The notes beneath the pieces were generated by a model that was not told where the DNA came from, searched no databases, and saw nothing but the letters and a program-made list of their open reading frames with translations. The position numbers and the translations under genes are program-made. Below are positions 58,270 to 64,000 of a stretch of DNA of 64,000 bases, in pieces (the stretch's first letter is position 1; the number at the start of each line of letters is the position of its first letter). The DNA comes from Octopus vulgaris (lineage: Eukaryota), in the NCBI GenBank assembly GCA_951406725.2, contig OX597831.1, positions 39,804,001 through 39,868,000 on the forward strand, read 5' to 3'.

Positions 58270-58687
58270 TTGTGTGTGTGTGTGTGCATGTGTGCGTGCT
58301 TGTTGGGTTGTGTGTGATTGTGTGGTTGCATTGAGTATGGTTAGTGTATGTGTGTGTGGTTTATGCTTGTGTTTGGATGTGTGTATGTGTATGTGGTGGT
58401 GTGTGAATGTATTGTTGGGTTGTGTGTGAGATTCTGTAAAGTGTGTGTGTGATTGTATGCATGTGTGTAGTTGTGTTTGTGTGCATGTAGCTGTGTGTGT
58501 GAGTGTGCATGTAGTTTGTGTGTGTGTGCATGTAGTTTGTGTGTGTGTGCATGTAGTTTGTGTGTGTGTGTGCATGTAGTTGTGTGTGTGTGTGTGTGAG
58601 CATGTAGTTGTGTGTATGTGAGCATGTAGTTGTGTGTGTCTGCATGTAATTGTGTATGTGTGTATAGTTGTATGTGTGTGCATGTCG

Positions 58688-58719
<32 letters not shown>

Positions 58720-58790
58720 CATGTATATATATGTGTGTAGTTGTGTGTTTATGTATATCGTGTGTCTGATGTCATGTGCGTGATTGTGTG
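58270..58790. repeat. Minisatellite with unit GCATGTAGTT(TG)n
   Basis: Direct reading of repeated units, clearest at 58460-58690. Confidence 0.8.
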
Positions 58791-59280
58791 TGCGTCGAGT
58801 TTTGTTTATTTTTTTACATTATTTTTTTAAAATTTTGCTTTATTATCATTCATTATAATTTTTTTTTACTGCCTGTTACTGCTTTTTTTCCTTTCTTTAT
58901 AATTTTCTGATATTTTCTAAATTTTATTTATTTTTCTTTCACATTTTGATATTGGCATTTGAAAAATTAGTGCCAGCATACTCACATTTGTATTTTTTTT
59001 GCTGGTTCATACTTTACGACCATATATTTATACATTTATATTATATATGTATATATATACATATACATACATACCCATAATGTATGTATATACATTGTGT
59101 ATGTATGTAAACTTACATAGTAGATCATACAAACATGGAAAATTTAACTATTTCTCCGTAAATTGGGAAAATGATGAACAGTTTTAATCGATTTTCAAAC
59201 CATATTGGGTCTGTGTCAGAGATGTGTGTATGTGTGTGTCTATGGTATCATATATATATATATATATATATGTATATGTA

Positions 59281-60440
59281 CAAGGTGGTATCAAAAGGTT
59301 CTCAGACTAGTTCTGTAGCGTGCCAACAGATGGCAGCACACAGTTGCGTGCACTGTGAAAGCTAGCAGAGACCTTCAGGAGGCAGTGTGCTGAGTGACAT
59401 CACTGCGTTTAATTTGGAAGTTGGTGAAATTTGTGTTATCTTGATCACGTGTATGCTGTAGTCTGTGATTTTGTTATGGGCAGGAATAAAGAGCAAATGT
59501 GAAATTTTGCCTTAAACTTGGGAAGTCTGCTATGGAGGCATTGATTATGCCTCAGCAAGCTTATGGCGGTGAGGCAATGGATTGTATACAATGCATCATG
59601 TGGCATGCACACTTCAAAAGCGGAAGACCGTCCCTGGAAGACGTTGAGGGATCTGGAAGACCTGCCATGAGTTGTCCCACCTGGAAATGTGGTATTGTGA
59701 TCACGTGACCGACCAGGCTATCAGATGTTGTAACACATCGCTGGTCAGAATGCGCTTTGCATTGTTTTAGCCTTCAAACGACGCCACCACGCTGGCTAAG
59801 CGAGCAGGCCTACAGAAGAAAGAGTGAGAGAAAGTTGTGGCGAAAGAGTACAGCAAGGATCGCCACCACCCCCTGCCGGAGCCTCGTAGAGTTTTAGGTG
59901 TTTTTGCTCAATAAACACTCACAACGCCCAGTCTGGGAATCAAAACCATGATCCTACGACCGCGAGTCCACTGCCCTAACCACTGGACCATTGCGCCTCC
60001 ACATGGTATTGTGCAATAGGAATTTATTCCCCACGGCGAGACTGTCAACTGGTTCTTTGGAGTGTGAAGAATTGGATTCTTCACCAAGCTTTCCTCACTT
60101 ATGAGTGTCTTGCCGAAAACAACATGGTATCGCTTCTGCACCCATCCTATTCACCAGATTTAGCACCTGTGGGCTTCCATCTCTTCTCAGAGATAAAAAA
60201 AAGTTCAAAGGTTGCCGTTCTAACACCATTGTTGAGATCCAGAGCAAATCGCAGAACGTCCTCCACTCGCTTACCGAAAGCAAATTCCAGGCCAGATTCC
60301 AAAAGTGGCAGGAACACTGCCACCAGTGTGTTGCTGCACTAGGTAACTATTTCGAAGGAGATGTTGTTAAAGCTTAGGAAATTTTTTTTTTTGTTTCATT
60401 AAACATAACTAGTCTAGTAACCCTTTGAAAAACCACCTTG
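59281..60440 (+). mobile_element. Internally deleted mariner element with TIRs and TA TSD
   Basis: TA-CAAGGTGGTATCAAAAGGTTCTCAGACTAGTT ... AACTAGTCTAGTAACCCTTTGAAAAACCACCTTG-TA; KFCLKLGKSA..W..FKSGR.SLED..SGRP and HPSYSPDLAP...GNYFEGD. Confidence 0.9.
59700..60003 (-). mobile_element. tRNA-derived SINE (family D) nested in the mariner; 10-bp TSD
   Basis: Minus strand GGAGGCGCAATGGTCCAGTGGTTAGG...GGTTTTGATTCC; TSD TGGTATTGTG at 59690-59699 and 60004-60013. Confidence 0.85.
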
Positions 60441-60674
60441 TATATATTCCATTCATCAGTTTTTCAACATACATGCCAGGACCAGCTTACCCTTATCTGT
60501 GCTAATTTTCAGCCAGCTTTTTTACCCTGACCACTTAAAAAAAATGGAACTAGGTTCCCCAGTCAGCAGGATGTTTACCTCAGACAGTTAGTCTCTTTAG
60601 ATGCAGTCCTTTTATATTTCTCATGTTTCATGTTTTTCTGTTTGCATGGGTTAGAGGAATATAGAACCATTGAA

Positions 60675-60895
60675 AAGGCATTGAGCTGGCAGAAATGTTG
60701 CATGCTGGGCTTAATGGTATTAGTGGTATTTCATCTGTCTTTACGTTCTGAGTTCAAATTCCACCAAGGTCGACTTTGTCTTTCGTCCTTTCGAGGTTGA
60801 TGAATTAAGTACTAGTTGCATCCTGAAGTCGATCTAATCGAATGGCCCCCTCCCCCAAAATTTCAGGCCTTGTGCCTAGAGTAGGAAAGATTACT
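60675..60895 (+). mobile_element. SINE family C
   Basis: GAGCTGGCAGAA..., GAGTTCAAATTCC, tail GGCCTTGTGCCTAGAGTAGGAAAGATTA. Confidence 0.8.
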
Positions 60896-61124
60896 ATAGA
60901 ACCTTTGATTTACATCTGGTTGGGCTTCTTTCACTGACCTTTCTTGCTTTGCATTTAAGGGATAAATTAAGTACTAGTTGTATCCTGAAGTCGATCTAAT
61001 CGAATGGCCCCCTCCCCCAAAATTTCAGGCCTTGTGCCTAGAGTAGGAAAGATTACTATAGAACCTTTGATTTACATCTGGTTGGCCTTCTTTCACTGAC
61101 CCTTCTTGTTTTGCATTTAAGGGA
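60803..61124. repeat. Tandem duplication, period 162 bp
   Basis: 60803-60962 is repeated at 60965-61124, covering a SINE tail plus unique flank. Confidence 0.9.
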
Positions 61125-61438
61125 GTTTCCACTTCCATTCCACTTGTTTTTGACAGCAAGCAAATGATTTGTTACCCAGGAAATATCAGGAAACAGCAAC
61201 ATTGTAGCTCAGTGCAGAATCTAAGCATTGAGAAACATGTAGATTCACTTGCAACACATTGGACAGTGCTCTAGGATAATAGAAGACACCTTGTCCAAGG
61301 AACTGTGCTGTGAAGCTCAATCTGAAACCACATGATATTGTGCCACATAAAAAAGCATTAACCCTTTCGTTACTATATTTCTGACCAAAACACACCCCTC
61401 ATGAGTTTCAATTAAATTCCAAATAATAATAATGCTAG

Positions 61439-61507
61439 CAGGCCTTGCTACCCTAGACTGATGCCGAGCAAGACTCAGAAACATGCATGTCTCTAGGTGC
61501 TGGCCTG
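61439..61507 (+). ncRNA. Extended type I hammerhead ribozyme motif (variant core)
   Basis: Stem I CCTAGA/TCTAGG plus distal CAGGCC/GGCCTG; core CTGATGC; stem II GAG/CTC; GAAA; palindromic stem III ACATGCATGT; GTC cleavage triplet. Confidence 0.7.
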
Positions 61508-62900
61508 GCCGTTGGGAGTGCTTGTCTCCCCTTTGTAAATATAAGGACACAAAAAATGTGTCAAAGCCGACAGAAAGCGTCGACGCTTCCTAGGGCTAAA
61601 TCGCGGTGGTGTGATTCCCTTTACGGGACTGTCACGTTAAGTTGACAGTATAAAACCACTCTATCGTTCCACCACGGCTCATATCTCTCTGTGATATTTA
61701 GAAATTTAATATTTCTAATAATGCTTGCATTGTTGAATTTTTCCCATTGTGCCATTCGAAAACAAGAAGCGGTTTAAAGTCTTTATACGTTCATTCAAAA
61801 ATTGGGCTTTCACTACTGCGTCCAGACAGACATGCATATACACTCGTGCACACATGCACATCCACACACGCTAATGTGCATGTGGTGTGTATGCAATTGC
61901 AATGTCGTTAACATTTTTGTTCAAGCAAATATTCCTTGACGAGAAGGCTGGTAATTAAAATATACCCAAGGTGGATGCACCTCAGATATAATTAACTGAG
62001 ACTTTTAAGATGGGAAATCGCTACATTAACACGTAATCTATGCATGCATATGCATAAAACACACATTGCGTTGAAACTTCTCCTCCTCCTCCAGTACAAG
62101 ACATTAGCAAATTTTGTAATTATTCTAGTAAATGTGTATATTTAATTAAAGAACTCAGGCACTATGATTAGTGCGTGTGTGGTTGGGTTAAGGGGCGGGG
62201 GCAGTTAATTAAAACTTTTATTCCTAATGAATTTCTTCAGGTACAATTTATAAACACGCACATGCACGTCAAAAAAATGTGCACGTTTGCACACGTATGA
62301 AAAAAAGCACGCATTCAGAAACACATACATAGAAGTGGATGTATTACATACAACTGCAGACACACACACACACAACACAAAAGGATGTGTACATTAAGAC
62401 ATACAAACGAATGCGTATGCATTGACACATACACAACACGCACAAAAAAACGCACATATAATTGCATATGCACATATGCATACAAATGTGCTTAGATGAA
62501 TACGCACACAAATGAATGCATGTGCGTATAAACAAAAGGTTGCGGTACACAAATATATAGATACAAATGATCGCCTATGCACACAAGCGTGCATACATAA
62601 ACACATGTACTAATGGATGCATACATACGCACACAAACATGCACACATACATACACAACTATGTATGGACATGTAACTGCTTATATAGAAATGAATGTAT
62701 ATGTATACACACACAAGCGAAACAAAAGTTAAGTTTACATAAACACATACATGCAGAAGATTACATGCACACATACGCGTGCACGCGCATGCACAATAAG
62801 ATGCACGACAGCGAAAGAAATAGAAAAGTGCAAATTGTGACTCTTACTAAATCATGCATGTGTTTGTGCGCATGTGTGTCCCTTTGTGTGAAAGGTTCTA

Positions 62901-62931
<31 letters not shown>

Positions 62932-63499
62932 ACGCATGCGCAAGTGTATTTACCTGTAATGTATTTGTGTGTCTACCTGTCTTTGGACTTGTAGATGATT
63001 ATGATGGTAGTAAAAGCAAAGCCAAAAAAAAAAAGGTCCATTGTCAAATTGCATTTAAGTACTGAAAAAAATAACCAAAAAAAAAATTCTGTTCCCCCTC
63101 CTCCCCAGAATTCCACAAAAAAACTTGTTTTTCCTCATATTCTAGTTATTTCATTTTATGTATATATTTTTTCATCCCTGCCATTTTTTTCTCTTTTTTT
63201 TTTTTCCCCCCCAATTTCTTCACCTCACCCCTAATTCATTCATTCTCTCTTCTGCATCACCTGTAAGCTTAGTCTTCCATTTTTTGTCATTTCATTCTCT
63301 ATTTTGTTATATTTTAATTTCATTTTATATATATTTTTTTTTTATTTATTACCATTTTTGCATCAACCAGCAGCAGTGAAATCCCTATCCTTGTGATAGA
63401 CATTTCCTATATAGCTTTTACAACAGCCTTCATAACCCCTTGACCCCCTTCTGTCTCATCTTGTAATGATCCCCCTCTCCACCTTCCTTCCTTCTTTCC

Positions 63500-63828
63500 T
63501 TCTGTCCTTCCTCAGCATGTGGTGTGTATGTAACTGAAACATTTCACTTGCAGAACCTTTTGCTCTCTCCTCCTCATCCTTCCATAACCCATCTTTTCAT
63601 TCTTCCCCTCATCCCCCTCAGCTTTCTGTGCCTCTCACTCTTTCTCCCCCTTACTGTCTCTGTTTCTCCCTTTGTCTCTGTATACCTGTTTGTATCTATC
63701 TCCTTTTGTGTCTGTCCCTCTCCCTTTCGCTCCCACACTCACTCTCTCTCTCTCTCTCACTGCCCCCTCTCTCTCCTCTGTTCTGTTTTTCTGTCCTGTA
63801 TATCTTTCTTTCTAATCTCATGTCTCTG

Positions 63829-63861
<33 letters not shown>

Positions 63862-64000
63862 TCTGTTTCTCCCCCTCTGATCAGTTTCCCTATCTGTCCT
63901 CTCTCTCTCCATCCTCTCCCTGTTTCTCTGTCTCTCTCTGCCAGCTCTCAGTCCCCCCTCTCTCTGTCCCCTTTCTCTCTGTCCCCTTTCTCTCTGTCCC
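63500..64000. repeat. CT-rich low-complexity tract ending in a 15-bp tandem repeat (TCTCTGTCCCCTTTC)
   Basis: Direct reading. Confidence 0.8.

Noticed and set aside
62222-62246. CAG|GTACAA as a second recursive site
   Set aside because: Short pyrimidine tract and weak donor

Overview
AT-rich, microsatellite-saturated animal genomic DNA with no recognisable host protein-coding exon. The repeat landscape suggests a coleoid cephalopod (octopus-like) intron or intergenic region; this is inference. Almost all ORFs in the track are translations of (TA)n/(CA)n/(TG)n repeats. The one real coding sequence is an uninterrupted CR1-group LINE ORF2 (APE endonuclease + RT, 22582-25629), preceded by a frameshifted ORF1 remnant and set between about 4 kb and 1.4 kb of TA/TG microsatellite. 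The rest consists of at least four tRNA-derived SINE families, many RTE-LINE 3' ends, an R4/Dong 3' fragment, mariner/Tc1 relics, Helentron-like elements and Penelope-like inverted repeats. Most notable: (1) several type I hammerhead-ribozyme folds, including an extended one heading a structured RNA-like unit (61439-61715) and one inside a tRNA-headed element with a 13-bp TSD (44999-45376); (2) a candidate recursive splice site, polypyrimidine-AG|GTAAGT, with a downstream RS-exon donor (28911-29136); (3) a 3' hairpin with compensatory changes shared by the LINE and the main SINE. All calls were made by eye; none was database-checked.
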